Below are positions 1-13,148 of a stretch of DNA of 64,000 nucleotides, one piece after another; position 1 is the stretch's first letter; each line of letters starts with the position of its first letter. The notes under the pieces were generated by a model. That model was not told the DNA's origin. It did not search any database and worked only from the letters and a program-made list of their open reading frames with translations. The translations under genes and the position numbers were made by a program. Source of the DNA: Phoronis australis (taxonomy: Eukaryota; Animalia; Phoronida); the NCBI GenBank assembly GCA_002633005.1, contig NMRA01000122.1:562182-626181 (forward strand). The letters are read 5' to 3'.

Positions 1-489
1 TGATTCACCGACTTCATCAGGGTACCGCCATTGCATTTTTTCTTCTGAGCATTATATGCAGCCTCATTCAAACCAACAAAAATAATATAACCAATAGATG
101 CAAGAATGGAGCTGCGCGGGAACAAGCGTTTGACATTTTTATCCGGACACAGTGCGCGGGGCCAAGCGTTTGGTATTTTCAGTTCATAGAAAGTGTAAAA
201 ATATTTTAATGGCCTCAAATCATAAAACTAACACCAGAAATAAACTCCCCGCACCCAAAAATATTGAAAACATTGATTTACAACATGATCTGGTGATGAT
301 GATAGTCGAGATATGTCAATTTCCATTTTCGGCGGCGGCCATGTTAGATTTTGTGCGTAGCGGCCACTAGGGGGTTAGCACAGTTTGTTTGTGGTGCTTT
401 TTAGAGATGTTTTACCTATTCCTAACATTGTACCAATTTGCAGAAACTTGTCACAAAGTGCGCGATTTTCAAGAATTCCCTCTCCGCTA
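1..489. mobile_element. Terminal part of a DNA transposon, possibly Academ-like
   Basis: The reverse complement of the end reads TAGCGG...AAATCGCGCACTTTGTGACAAG, resembling TAG-initiated Academ TIRs as I recall them. The partner TIR would lie outside the window. Confidence 0.3.
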
Positions 490-834
490 TTGTAAGCTGC
501 AGCAATATGACTTAGGTACTATCTTCATAATATTCGGTTAGAGAACGAGTCCTTTCCGTGACACATTTCATTCGGTACATACAATGACGAGTCCATTGAC
601 TTATCTAAATGAGCTTGGTCTCACACAGAGACAAACTGTAAGTTCTTGCCTAGCATAGAAATCACTTCTAACCAGAGAAAGGGCAAAACTGAGACCTGTT
701 TTTAACACATCAACTATTTTTTTGTCAGTTCATGATTTGACAGTTAAAGATGTACTTTTTGTGCTCTGTCTACATTTCAACAAACAATGAGCCATAAAGC
801 AGACGACACTGTCGTAAAGCAGGCATCACGGTAC

Positions 835-3800
835 CTTCTGTGTCTGTCCTTTAGCAGCAAGCGATGTGACCAAGTAAATGGCCACGTCTTTACTTTTCCA
901 GTTTTCAGACGGATTTTGGCTGTATAGCTGGAGGAAGATACAAAGGATAAAGTTGACTAAATAGCATGGCCACAGCACGACTGAGATAAACTACAGTGGA
1001 GACTTCTACAGGAAAGCCTGGGATAAAAAATATGTTCAATTAGGCACCAAACAGCATATGTAGTCATCAATGTAGCTTATACTAATACATCTCAGAGCAT
1101 TGATAAGTGCCCCCTATGTGCATCACAAACAACGATATGAAAGGCGATCACTTTCAAAACAAGAGGAATGCAGAGCGCTGATATGCGCCCACGAATGCAT
1201 CGCAAATGGTGTGCTTTTAGGGTTGTTTATTTGTGTGATAAAAATGGCCACGAGATGGTGCAAAAACATACAATCCATATGAAAATGAGAAAATGTCATT
1301 GCTTCTTTAATAGAAAGCTACACACCAAATTTCATAGAAATCCGTCACGAAATTCAGAGAAACAAAGGAAAACATAATAAAATGAAATTGCCACTAGGGG
1401 GCAAACTGTTCATAGGATCCGCCTGAAAGTCATCATTGTCTGCATTAGTTTCATATAAATACACTTACTAATCAAAAAAACACAAAAATACCACTAGGAG
1501 ACGCCACAGTACTCAAAGTTGTCATCGACAACCATCCTCTTCACACTGAGAACATATATGCCAATTTTCAAAACCATCCTTAGAATGATTTGGTTGATAG
1601 AGGCTGGGGTAGACGCCAAAAAACAGACTGAAAACAGCAAAAATGGCCACCAGGTGGCACAAAATACCTTGATTCCATCTGAAAACAGGAGGATAGCGTC
1701 ACTCACCAATAGATGCCCGTATTCAAAATTGTATAAAAATCCGTTGAGGACCTTTGAAGATACAGAGGTAAACATAAAACTAAAATTGCCACCAGGGGGC
1801 ACACCAGTAGTCAGATCCATCCGAAAATTGTCATCGTAAATTGTCAACATCATATAAATGCACTTACTAAATTAAGTAAAGATCCTGCAAACGGTTTAGG
1901 AGATATAGCCATTATTCACCTATTTCACGAACGCGGGGCGCTGTTGTCGTGTTGATCGCAAACGAGGCTCCTTGACAAACATGGCATCGTCCTGCAAGGT
2001 GGTGTGGTCAAAAGACTTATCAACGTTACCAAAAATCAAGTTGTCTGATGTTGAATCGATCTCCAAAAACATACCAATACACGGCAACTAGACTTTTACC
2101 CTCCTCAGCCATTCCTTCGTAGTTTTCCCTTTTTTGGAAAAGTGTGGAAGTCAGGGATTTACCCAGGCTTTTAGTCTTTAAAAAATCCTGCTCGCCAGCT
2201 GGGCGAGTGCCGGAGCCAGAAAATCTACTCGCCCGAAGTTCAGTCACCCGGCCGTTGGCGCCAGGCACCACAAACTTGCTAATAGTTTAAATAAAAATCA
2301 TCGTTTCGTGCACTGATGTCACCATCTATTAGGGCTACCGTATTTGCCCTAATAATTAGCGCCCAGGGGGACGCTTTTTGTAGCCTACGGCGGTTAAAAC
2401 CCGGTCTCCGCTGTGACGTATGTGCAACCTATGACAGACTTTCTACAAAACTGTGGTGCATTGCTATCAAACTCTGTTGTTAATCTTTAAAAAAAAAAAA
2501 TGTGCTGAAATCCTAGGGCGAAAACTTGCCGACTGATGCGTCACTGCTTCGTGATCGTCGATAGGACAACTTGAATTCTTGAGTAAAAATAGTTTCGACT
2601 CAAATTACCTCAAATCCTCCTTAAGTTTTCCAAATAGCCTTTCCTAAGATTCTTAAATTCCTGTGGACTCGGAGTCAGGATTAACCACAGATTAAGTCAA
2701 AATCTGCGCTAGATCGCACCCGGCAACGAGAAAAATCTGGACGAACACATATGTTGTTGTCACGAGACGTTTGTATTGAAGTGAGTCAACAGGTGTGCAC
2801 CGAGTGAGCGAGCGCGTGCGCGTCATCAGTGTTCATTTGCCAGAGTAGCAGGCCCAATGAGCTGTATAATGTAGTTATATTTATCTCATTGAGCAGGCCC
2901 ACATGTAGGCCCTAGCGCGCGCTTCTTGGCCAAGTTTCGATTCGGGGTTTTTATAATTTTACGTGTACAAAGCAATCTCAGGATTCCTGTTGTGGGAGAA
3001 AATCTGTATGCGAAAGATACAATACCAATCCCGTTGACCAGTACGCTGCGTCTGTTCGAAGGGCCAGACCATATAGTGTGACATTGTACATTCAGGGCTT
3101 GGAATGACCAATGACAAAAAACGCGGAAAATTTTACGGCCTAAAACATGCGCGCTACCCAGCCTTGAAATAGTCGATGTGAACCCTTCGCCGACGAAAAT
3201 CGGGAGGACTAACAAAAAAAAAACCTTACCACCATCAGTGGCATGCGTCTGCGTCTTTTTATCTCGTCCATCCACTCCTCCACTCCCACCCCCCACACAT
3301 TTTTGGCTGCAGAGCCGTAGTATTTGTCACCGCGGTATACAATCACACGAGTCGCATTTGAAAATCCCACCACGCTATCCCAGATGCCCCGGCAATGTTG
3401 ACAATTTACGTTCTTCTGAAACATAAAGAGCAACTTCTGCTTTTCAAGGTGAACGTCGTCGGCAACACCGCGGTAAGAAACGAATTTGCCGCAGAAATTT
3501 TATATCAAATCCGATTTTTTTACGCGGAAATATAATAAAATGCGCGGACAGAACATTTGAAAAAAGCAGAAATCCGCGTTTCCGCGGAAAATTCCAAGCC
3601 CTGTACATTACAAAAAGGAATCAGTTCCAAGAAATATGGTATTTCATTTGCTATAAGCACATGGACCGGTCTTCCACCTTTCTCCCCTTTTCTTAGTTTC
3701 GGACTAGTCCACAAATTCTTTGTGCACAACCACACACTGTGATTTTTTTGACGAATCGCGTAACGGGTGACATGTACTGAATCGGTAGGGTCGCACTGCG

Positions 3801-6800
3801 CCGATGTTTTTAGTGCCAGAGCATCGACACGATGACCAAACTGAACCTTAAATTCATGATAAAAACAGCACAAGGAGGAGGAAAATTATTCATATTCATC
3901 TGGGAATATCGGATATATAGTGCTTTTGCACTTTGAAATTCGCTCGCCACCTGGGCGACCGGCAAGTCAACTTCTACTCGCCCAGCACCATTTTTACTCG
4001 CGTTGGCGACTGAGCGAGTGGCTAAGTATATCCCTGGGAAGGATACCGACGAGTTGGAATTGGTACGTTCAGGCACTGCACAGTACACCATCAAGGCCAG
4101 CTGATGACCGCTCACGTGGTTTTATCAGTGTGCCTCGTTTTCGATCAGTATTTAAAGATGGCGCGGGATGATGGCGCTTTCGTGAAATAGGTGAATAGGT
4201 GCAAAAATAAAACAAAACTGTCACTAGAAGGCGCCACAGTAATCAAAGTCGTCGGAAAATCCTCGTCAACTGTCCTCTTCATAGTAACAACATACTTGCC
4301 AATTTTCACAATCATGCTTTAAGCCGTTTGGTTGATAGATGGGTGGACGCTAAAAAACAGATTCGAAAACAGTAAAAATGGCCACTAGGTGGTGCAAACT
4401 ATGTCGAATTCATCTGAAAACGAAAGGATATTGTCGTTTGACTAATAGACGCCTGTATACCAATTTTTGTGAAAATATGTTGAGGACCTCTGAAGATACA
4501 GAGGTGAGCGTAAAAAACTTAAATTGCCACTAGGGGGCACACCCGTAGTCAAAGAGGTCTGAAATTCGTCTCATTCGTTGTCAGCTTGATATGAACAGAT
4601 CTGCCAAATCTCATCAAGACCCTGTCAGGGGTTTAGGAGATACAACTGCAGACGGCGGACGCCCAGACAGAGAAGACGACAATATGCGACCACATATAAA
4701 TATGTGGGCGCATAAAAATGTATTGATAGTCGAATCCTTCCAAAAATCAAAATAAGTCATGTTCTCCACATGATGAATACACAGAACAAACTTCATGAAT
4801 GTTCATCAATGAACTTGGTAGATATGAAGGCAGACCACAATAGCAACTTGCCACTAGGGGACCCAAAAGTAGTTAGATTCACCTAAAAATCAACACCAGT
4901 CATGTTTTTCTCAATAGAATCGCATGTGCCAAACCTCTACAAGTTTTATCAAAGAACTTGGTGAGTATTGAAGCAGGCACAAATAATAAAAGTGCAGCTA
5001 TGGGTAACCAGAGCAGTCACATCTGTTGAAAGATCAACAACAACGGTGGTCTCATCGATAAGATCACTTTGGTCAGATTTGATAAAGATCCATCAAAGAA
5101 TTAATTAGATAGCAAGGCAGACACAAAGAAAACTAAATAAAACTGCCTCTAGGGGGCATCACAGTAATCACGAGGTTTAGGCAGAGGCAGTTCGGAGATG
5201 ATGGCAATATATCCCAACGCACGCATGGAAACATGCACACATACACATGGGGACATACGAGATCAGTCAAAAACTCACTCTGATTATTAACGCACAAATA
5301 AAATGTAAAACTGTACTGGAGAACTCTTTCATTGTACCTTTCTTTTTTGCTGAAAAGATGTGGCCACACAATCCCAACAATGGCAGATTAGTAAAAAGTC
5401 AAAATTAAATCGAATTCTACACACTCGATACTTTCACAAAATGTGTACTTAACTGTGTAAGAATCTATCATTTTGTAGACACTTAGGTAAATACACAATG
5501 ATAAAGTAAATGGATTGTTTACTCACTTACCATCAACATGTTCTTAACGTAGAGAATGAAGTTTCCAACCACCACATCCTCAAACTGTTTGCTCAGAGCT
5601 TTGACAAAGTCACATGCAGCACGCCTCCTGGTGTCAACGTCTGAAATTAGCAGCAACTGATATTAACAACAGTGCCTTTGTGAGTAATTCTAAGTCAGAC
5701 TTGCAAAAAAGTCACAGATTCACTTCAGAATTCGTGTCAGAATTTCTTTGACACAAGGTTTATACAAATCTATAGCGATAAACTACCTATTACTGCTTTA
5801 ATAACAAAGTTTGCACAAATTAGTGTTATACCTGGTGATCTTTAAAGGCCCATATCTCAAAAACTAACCAACCCACACAGATAATTTTTACATCAATTTA
5901 AAGTTCTTAGTCCATTCTATTCAATTATACAGTGAAAATTCCTTTTAAAGTGTTCTACAATGAAATTTTGCACTTTTTGAGGCTTTAGACAATATATAAT
6001 AATTTTACAACATAATACCTAACCAAAGAAACACTTATTTAGGGAAACAAATGAGGAATTTTGAATTTGAATTTTTTTTTGATTTCCTGACACATGATGT
6101 CATCAGAAGAGGTTGATCAGTTGACAACATGTATTCAATGGTGGGTAGTAGTGATTTTATAAGTTATGAAGCCTTAAAGAGCTAGTTTGACGAGTATTAT
6201 GAAGACAGGTATGAAGATGGGAGTGAAGACGACACTCCGGCCATAGGTGAAACAGATAATAAGGTTCAGTATAACCCTAAGGTTCAGTACAACCCTAAGG
6301 TTCAGTACAACCCTAAGGTGACGTACAACCCTAAGGTGACGTACAACCCTAAGGTGACGTACAACTTTGTTGACAAATCTGTACATTCAGCCAAATACTT
6401 ACAAAGCTGTAGAATTTAACTCGTCAAAAGTAAATATTTTCTGAAAGTAGAAATTCTGTAGAACTTGATTTTTGACTTTATACCGGTCTGCCACAGTTAG
6501 TTCACGTGACCTTGCTTTTTAGGAAATTAGGCAAACGAAAGGTACATTCGTAGCAAAACAACAGGATCAATAACAAGACCAAATTTCGTATGGTAGAAAT
6601 GTTCAAGATAAACTCTCAAAATGCTATGAGTTTTTAAACTTATTGCGTCGTTTTCATTTTATGCAATTTCCTTCAAGAAAATGACACAAGTAATATTTTT
6701 TTTTGATAGCCCCTCATGCAAACATAAAACATTTTAAAAACAATTCCTAACATAAATCACAGAATCTGAAAGTTTCATGTGAAACTAATCAGAGATTCCA

Positions 6801-9800
6801 TGTTCGAGACTAATAAAATTTTTTCTAGTTTACTGTATAACCTTAAGAGGGCGCAACCTCCTTGTTTATACCTGAGCCTTCTATATCTCTGCGGATGTAT
6901 TCTTCAGGGTTGTCTTCAAAACATTCCATGTCATTCTCTGTAAAAACAGAAACAGCTCTGCAACTTTTAAAATAGATTGGAGGACTCACATATTTTTAGA
7001 AAGAACTATTTGGCAACAAGATTGAATAATTGCCACAATAAACCAAATTGACAACACAATTTATAAATCGCTTTAAAAAGTGCAGACAGATAAAACTAGT
7101 AAATGGCTAGGTGCACGACACAGGGTGTAACTGCTTACCTCGGAACTCCATGTTTGGAACAATGATCTTCTCACAACAAGTCTTCAGTATGTTAGGTTCT
7201 TGGAACAGTGACTTGTGATTTGGTTTCTCAGCGACAGAGGCCATAAATTGGATGGCATTACTAACCACCTGAGAACATAATGGAAAACTGATAACTGAAA
7301 CATACGAGGGGTCGGTTTTTCACACTGAATAAACTGTTTCATGAACATCAAGATCAAGTACACTTACAGAAACACAAGAACAACAATCTGCAGCATATTC
7401 TCAAAATACACATAAAGTAAGAAAACGTTTCAGCAGTACAAACTGTCTGCTCACTGGCACAATGCTACACTTGAACACAAAGATCAAAAGGGATAACTAA
7501 ATCTGGTGGCAGGGTTTTGCAGAAAGCACTCAAAGTAGTTTGCACTTTATGACTGAAACGTGTGAGCATGGCCTAAAACAGCTACAAAATATTCAACACC
7601 ACGCAAGGATTGCTGTCAGAAAGTTACCGCATTTCACATGATTGATTGTTCGCCATAGTTCCTATTGCTCAAAGGGTCCACCCTCAGAAAAACTTTCTCA
7701 CCAGATCATACTTGACTTCAGGGCCTACGTGGAGCAAAAGGTGCCAGACAGCTGTGACAAACTTCTCTACATGTGGAGAGAACTCCTCGTCATACTTCTG
7801 CGTGTACAGGCTAGCGATATCACAAACTTGAGACCTGGCCACGTCCAGAAGATCCGGCTCATCTTCATTCTTCACAAAGAAACAGTCAATAAGCAACTCA
7901 CTCATGGCTTTTTAAAAAGTTCATTGGGGTCACAGTTGATTGGCAGGGAACACTGGGGTCACAGTTGATTGGCAGGGAACACTGGGGTCACAGTTGATTG
8001 GCAGGGAACACTGGGGTCACAGTTGATTGGCAGGGAACACTGGGGTCACAGTTGATTGGCAGGGAACAAAAGACAAAAGAGGAGTGGCATGGTTGTATTT
8101 GAAGAAACGGTGTGGCCAAATACAGCATTACATTTGAGAAAATCACTATAAACATTGTTAGGAAATGTATTATTTCGCCCATGGGGTTATTAGCAGAATT
8201 TTGCAAAACAGCACCTCAGACAGGACCCTCATTATCTCAATTTTGGGGCAGAACATCGGCTACATTCCCCTCTGAAAATATTGAAATATCATGCGAAATT
8301 CTCCACATGAGGCGCGAAAATTCCCCTAAGTGACTGACAAATTACCCTCGAGGTTTGAGTAAATTGTAACTCACACAGGTGACAATTTGAAAGAGCAAAA
8401 AATGTTAGTTTGGGGTACTTGAGGCAGAGCCTATGAGGGCTTGCAATAGGGGTGGAGGGGGCTATAGAGGTGATCAGGAGATTGAATTCTGCCCTACCCC
8501 CAAAAAATTACCCTCTCAGAAGGCACAGTAAATGATGACCCTGTCATATATTGCTGGGTGACCTTATAAAAATCCTAGGTCACCATGAAGTTGCCATGCA
8601 CACATCTGAGCACACAATAATGCACAGTTAACATGTACTAACCCTACACGTCTGTCTCACATGAGCCTGCCAGGTGCATTGGTCCCGAGAAGAAGGGAAT
8701 TCACCATTACCGAGCATGAGAGATACTCTTAAATTTTCCGGCAATCTCACGTATGCCGGCAGACATTTATCAAGTTCGTAAGATTTTCAAATCAAGGATT
8801 TTGTTACTTCAGTTTTGGCTCTCGCCAACACGTGTCACTTGTAGGGGCCAGACCAGGGCTTTCGCAACACCCTATATGAAAATTTTGAAAGTCGTATTCG
8901 GCAAAGACATTACGCTAAGCGTCGAGCCCTCCAATATATTGTATCATTTCGTTTTCAATTTTGTCATTATCACACAACCTTTCTGGTCTGTAACAAGTCA
9001 AGTGAATTAAGTTAAACACTATCAACATTTGCACATTTGACTCACCTGAGATGGAAGCGTGTTCGTAATTAGCAAAATATTGTGTAACCGTGGCATCCAG
9101 ATACTCATGTTGTCTTCGAAGAACTCGGGGAGATCCTAGCAACAACAGGAGAAAGCACATTCAGCTAAAGATGGTCAATGAATGGCATGTAATATGAAAA
9201 GCATAGATGATGCACTTATACTCAGGAAGACCCTTATACAAGCTTTACATCCTCAGTGCAGTGTTGAGATGGGCAAAGTATGAAGAAATAAGCATCTTAT
9301 ATAATGACATCATGTAGAACTTATGTCCGAAGAGATCTATAAGCCTTGAATTTTTAAGTTGAGAGTGACTAAGTCTATTTGGCACATAACTGTATGAGGT
9401 GCATTCAAACATTTTCCAATGAAATGCGATTTTTCAATGAACTCTTGGGTATAAACAAGAATTAAAGTGCACAGGACTTAACAGTGTTCTACATTTAAAA
9501 CCAATTTACTGTAACGTAAATACAGAATCCTAAAGCCATTGAAGATCAAATGTACCAGGCTGCATCAAGCCACAGAAGAGCACATGAAGGTTATGTAGGT
9601 GAACCTACACTATCATCCGTAAGACAAACTGGGGAACGTGTAGAACAAAATAGCTTGAAATGATGGTTACCTGGAAGTTGAGGCTGTAGAATATTTTGCA
9701 TATGAGTATGAGTGACCTGTAGATGACCTCCAGAGCAATGGGATCCGTATGGTGGACACTAGCCAAGTCCATGGTCTTCTGTAAAGGTATGCTCTGATTC

Positions 9801-12800
9801 TCAGTTTCAAATTAATGGACTCTATCACACATAAGATATATTAAAGACATCCCAAGTGTTTTTCAAAGTTAACAATTGTAATTTAAGATTATTAATTCAC
9901 TTAATATGTCATCACGCTAAATTGAAATTTACTAGTCACAATTCTCAATAAATAAATGTGAGCAGAAAATTACTTGTTATGTCATATAGCCAAATCCATG
10001 GCTCTCGAAGAAGGGGTAAATGAAGGCCCTGAACAGTGGTCAAGTGGAGAAGTTTTTATAAATTGAAAACAGCCTTCATCACAATTATTTTTGTTCTAAT
10101 GTTTCCGATCAATTTGCTTTCTCAAAAGAATATTTACTTTCAAAAACTGATTGAAACCATTGCAAATTAATTTTGACTCCAAAGTATTCTCTATAGCTTA
10201 CATATAGAAAATTTCAGGGTTACACAGTTTTGCTTTCAGAAATCCCTGACAACAACTTCATCAGACAATGCAACATTAATTTGTGTGTATTTCACTACAT
10301 CGCAGTACACAGCATGGACAGGTACCTTAAAGAGTTCAGTGAAAGGTGGAGCAAAGTTATCCAACACAAACTTTATTTCTGTCCACAACTCTTCAGATTT
10401 GAACTCGTGTCGATACCTAAAACATCACACTTTCAGTACATTACATGGTTTCACATACAGCAAATTCTACTATGTTCCATTTTCCAGTTTGACTCTTTAC
10501 AATTTGATTCTTTTACTTTTTATCAATCACGTGAACTTATCTTTATAGTAAAATGCATCAAAATATAAAGGAACATCTATAGCAAAACAACGGCATCAAT
10601 AGCATGAGCAAATTTAGTTAGACATAAATGTTCAAGAGGAAATCTAAAAAGTTATTTCATTTTCGTTTTGTGTAATTTTTCACTTTTTTATACAAAAAGT
10701 CCTTTTTAATAGCCCCTCATGAAAAAGTGGATCAATTTAAAACAAATTCCTTAAGGCATTTTGGAGAACAGAGAGTAAGGCACAGTATCTGAGTTTCATA
10801 AGAATTGCATCAGCCTCTGTGAAGATATGAGGTTACAAGGTGAGCCAAACTTGAACATCTTCCTAGGTTCCTACATACCATTAAGTAACGATAACACCAA
10901 CATTTGTTCCTTTCAACGATGAAGTTACTCTTCAGCTCACTAAGGTGAAAGGTGATTCATGGGTACTATGTATTAACAATAACAATAATAATGGCCCTCT
11001 CGCCAATATTTGTCAAGAGCCTCCCACTTATTCTAATCACCTTCTAAAGATGGAGTGAGCAGTGTGCAGCACACCGTTGATCACATGGTAGTCTGATGAC
11101 TTTAACTTGTCTATCATCTCGGTCAGAAGTTTCGGCCATTTGGCCGGGAAGTCTTCTCGTCCGATAATGCTGATGGCATCACTCAGCTGAAAAACCAGAA
11201 GATGAGTATGGAAAGCAAGACCACTACATGAAGATAACATAGGTTTAGCAATCAAATTACTGTCTCGTGCAAACACAGATCAAGTGTGTGTTTAATAAAC
11301 TCAAACTCATTTGCAACATGTCGTACACCAAGTAAGGCCCCAGACCGAGTTAACTTGGTCTACTGACACAGTGTAGCCTCGCAGACCATGTGAACACTTA
11401 CAACCGAGCTGTACTCTACCATTGAAATCTGAATGTTTGCCACGAGTTTATAATAAGGCCGCCGTGGTCACTACAAAACTGTATAGAGTGCAACTTGGCA
11501 CAGTTCACTTAGTCTACGAGGTTGTACCATGTTACAAACAGACCAAGATAACCTGGCCAGGTGGCTTACTTAGTCTGAAATATACATCAAATAGATCAAA
11601 TCCTTCAAATCAGGTGATTGCCTACATCTCCATCATCAAACAATGGCTTACGAGCTGTATCATTATTTGATGTCAAGCGAATAAAACGCAAAATAGCACT
11701 TTTAAATAGCAACTAAGAAAAAAAATCTGAATAAACTGCCTAAACCTGTTAGTCGAGAGTCTTCTTCATTGTACAGTGGATCTGGCTCTGTAGCTGGTGC
11801 TCATGGCTACAAACAAGTTACTTCTGTTTTCATAAAGTAACTTAAGACCACCACAGAAGTTTTATTTTATTGAAAAAGGGAGATCTACAGCAACGCAACA
11901 ACTGCATGGCATCTTTAAGTAGTGCACAAGTTAAGTCTCTTTCAACACCCAACACCGTACCTGTTTCTGTATTTGATCAGGACTATTCAACATGAATTCC
12001 ACTATGAGACCTTTAATGCTAGTTCTGTCAGATCCGTGGATTTTGTCAATATCATCAACCTGCAATATACCAGTAATGTTACATCTTGTCCTCCAAAACA
12101 TGAGATACGTGTCTGTTGTTTCTGTTGAAGGTGAATTATATACATTGGTTAAACTACCTTCTCCACAACCTCTCAAGACATCTCATACTATAAACATTGC
12201 CTTGTACTACTCAATTCTTCAAGAACATACAAACTGGATGCTGACAGCAGAGGTTTAATTATCAATGTACGGTTTCATTTTTTAATGATGGAGGAAATCA
12301 TATACAAGATGAGAAAAATGAACAATTTTGGATTGTAGTTTTGATCACAATGGAACGGTCAGCTCAAAAAAAGTATGCTTCACGCACTTTTGAAAATGTT
12401 CTTCATCTATGAACAATCATTTTACACATGCTGAACACTGTCAAACTGCTCCAATAGTATCATTTTCAGCTAGTCTCACGGTCAATTACACTTTAAGTCC
12501 AGAATTGATAAGTAAAACAATTGACCAGCGGAAAACAAAAGTAAATGACCTTAATTCACAAATTAGATTTTTACCCTGACTGACCAGCACCTTTAATGAA
12601 TGTATATTTTGAACAGCCTCACCCAGACAACCACTCAGTCCTACATACCACTCTCCAATTGCGCTTGACGAAGTTCTTAAATGTGACGGAGGCACTAACA
12701 CGGAGGTGCATGGGCATTTGCTCAGTGTCAACAGCCTTCAGCAACAAAAGTGGATAGCCAGGGACACGCTCCTGAGACACGAGGAAGTCCTCAGCTAGAG

Positions 12801-13148
12801 ACAAAGCATAAACAATACTACAGAATTCTGATGAGCTCCAAGGCATCAACTTGAAAAGATTTTTTGATCGAAATATGTCAATACTAAAATGCCAATAGAG
12901 ATATTTCTATCAAACCATCATTTGTTTAATAGTGACACCAGTAACCACTGTCAAATAACAGAGAGAAACAAAATAAAGTTCCAAGTCCAGTTCGATAGGA
13001 CTAGGACGGTTTACATTATAGCAACTAAAAAGCAAATGCATTTTAAACAGACAATAGACGGTATGTACTTACCTTCTTTTCTTTCCTGTTTTACCGCAGA
13101 CAGCGTCTGCTGAAGACACCGGGCAAGTTGTTCAAGGTTTGGATCCAT
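835..13148 (-). CDS. CSE1L: Exportin-2 / CSE1L (importin-alpha re-exporter), N-terminal ~441 aa; gene continues past the left edge of the window
   Basis: 12 GT-AG exons join in frame (coding order): 13073-13148, 12649-12794, 11961-12059, 11041-11186, 10326-10416, 9671-9778, 9046-9135, 7702-7869, 7139-7268, 6872-6937, 5531-5640, 835-927. Diagnostic peptides: ASVTFKNFVKRNWRV, QIQKQLSDAISIIGREDFPAKWP, YRHEFKSEELWTEIK, YSLNFQDLPEFFEDNM, FEDNPEEYIRRDIEGSDVDTRRRAACD, NWKSKDVAIYLVTSLA. Confidence 0.96.
2338..3092 (+). mobile_element. Truncated copy of the pogo/Tc2-like MITE family also at 42208-44102
   Basis: TA|CCGTATTTGCCCTAATAA left end and colinear similarity with 42208-43900. Right TIR not found. 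Confidence 0.7.
3093..3603. mobile_element. hAT-like MITE with 6-bp TSD
   Basis: TIRs CAGGGCTTGGAAT / ATTCCAAGCCCTG, perfect TACATT direct repeats, subterminal CGCGGAAAA repeats. Confidence 0.8.
6260..6366. repeat. 18-bp minisatellite, ~6 copies
   Basis: AAGGTTCAGTACAACCCT x3 then AAGGTGACGTACAACCCT x3. Confidence 0.9.
7925..8068. repeat. 29-bp minisatellite, ~5 near-perfect copies
   Basis: Unit CACTGGGGTCACAGTTGATTGGCAGGGAA with no spacers. Confidence 0.95.

Larger units (their letters stand above)
2152..4036. mobile_element. hAT-like non-autonomous element (near 6-bp TSD)
   Basis: TIRs CAGGGATTTACCCAG / CTAAGTATATCCCTG, flanks GGAAGT/GGAAGG, repeated subterminal CTCGCC motifs at both ends. 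Confidence 0.55.
1913..4197. mobile_element. Non-autonomous TIR element, superfamily unresolved
   Basis: Inverted termini TATTCACCTATTTCACGAA / TTCGTGAAATAGGTGAATA interrupt a HINE unit. No clear TSD. Confidence 0.7.
1158..4718 (+). mobile_element. Helentron-associated (HINE/DINE-1/pearl-like) non-autonomous element with degenerate ~130-150 bp internal tandem units, interrupted by nested insertions
   Basis: AACAAGAG start in an A-run, subterminal IR ATATGCGCCCAC (1181) / GTGGGCGCATA (4704), terminal hairpin 4682-4714, GACG/GACA-like tract at ~4650, CATAAAAA end. Internal units carry GCCACTAGGGGGC. Related units continue to ~5260. Confidence 0.6.

Noticed and set aside
4037-4047. U12-like donor GTATCCTTCC on the minus strand
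   Set aside because: Lies inside nested transposons, with no adjacent exon and no matching branch site.
1100-5369. Cluster of 60-136 aa ORFs
   Set aside because: All fall in non-autonomous repeats and show no transposase or other domain motifs.
6174-6386. Repetitive ORF (VVRHLR)n
   Set aside because: Translation of an intronic 18-bp minisatellite with no exon support.
5842-6846. Kolobok-like element between TTAA sites
   Set aside because: It looks repeat-derived (part recurs at ~10620-10760) but I could not match TIRs.
12828-12860. CTGATGA...GAAA motif (similar cases near 6085-6107 on the minus strand and at 20656)
   Set aside because: No stem II or stem III pairing, so not a hammerhead.
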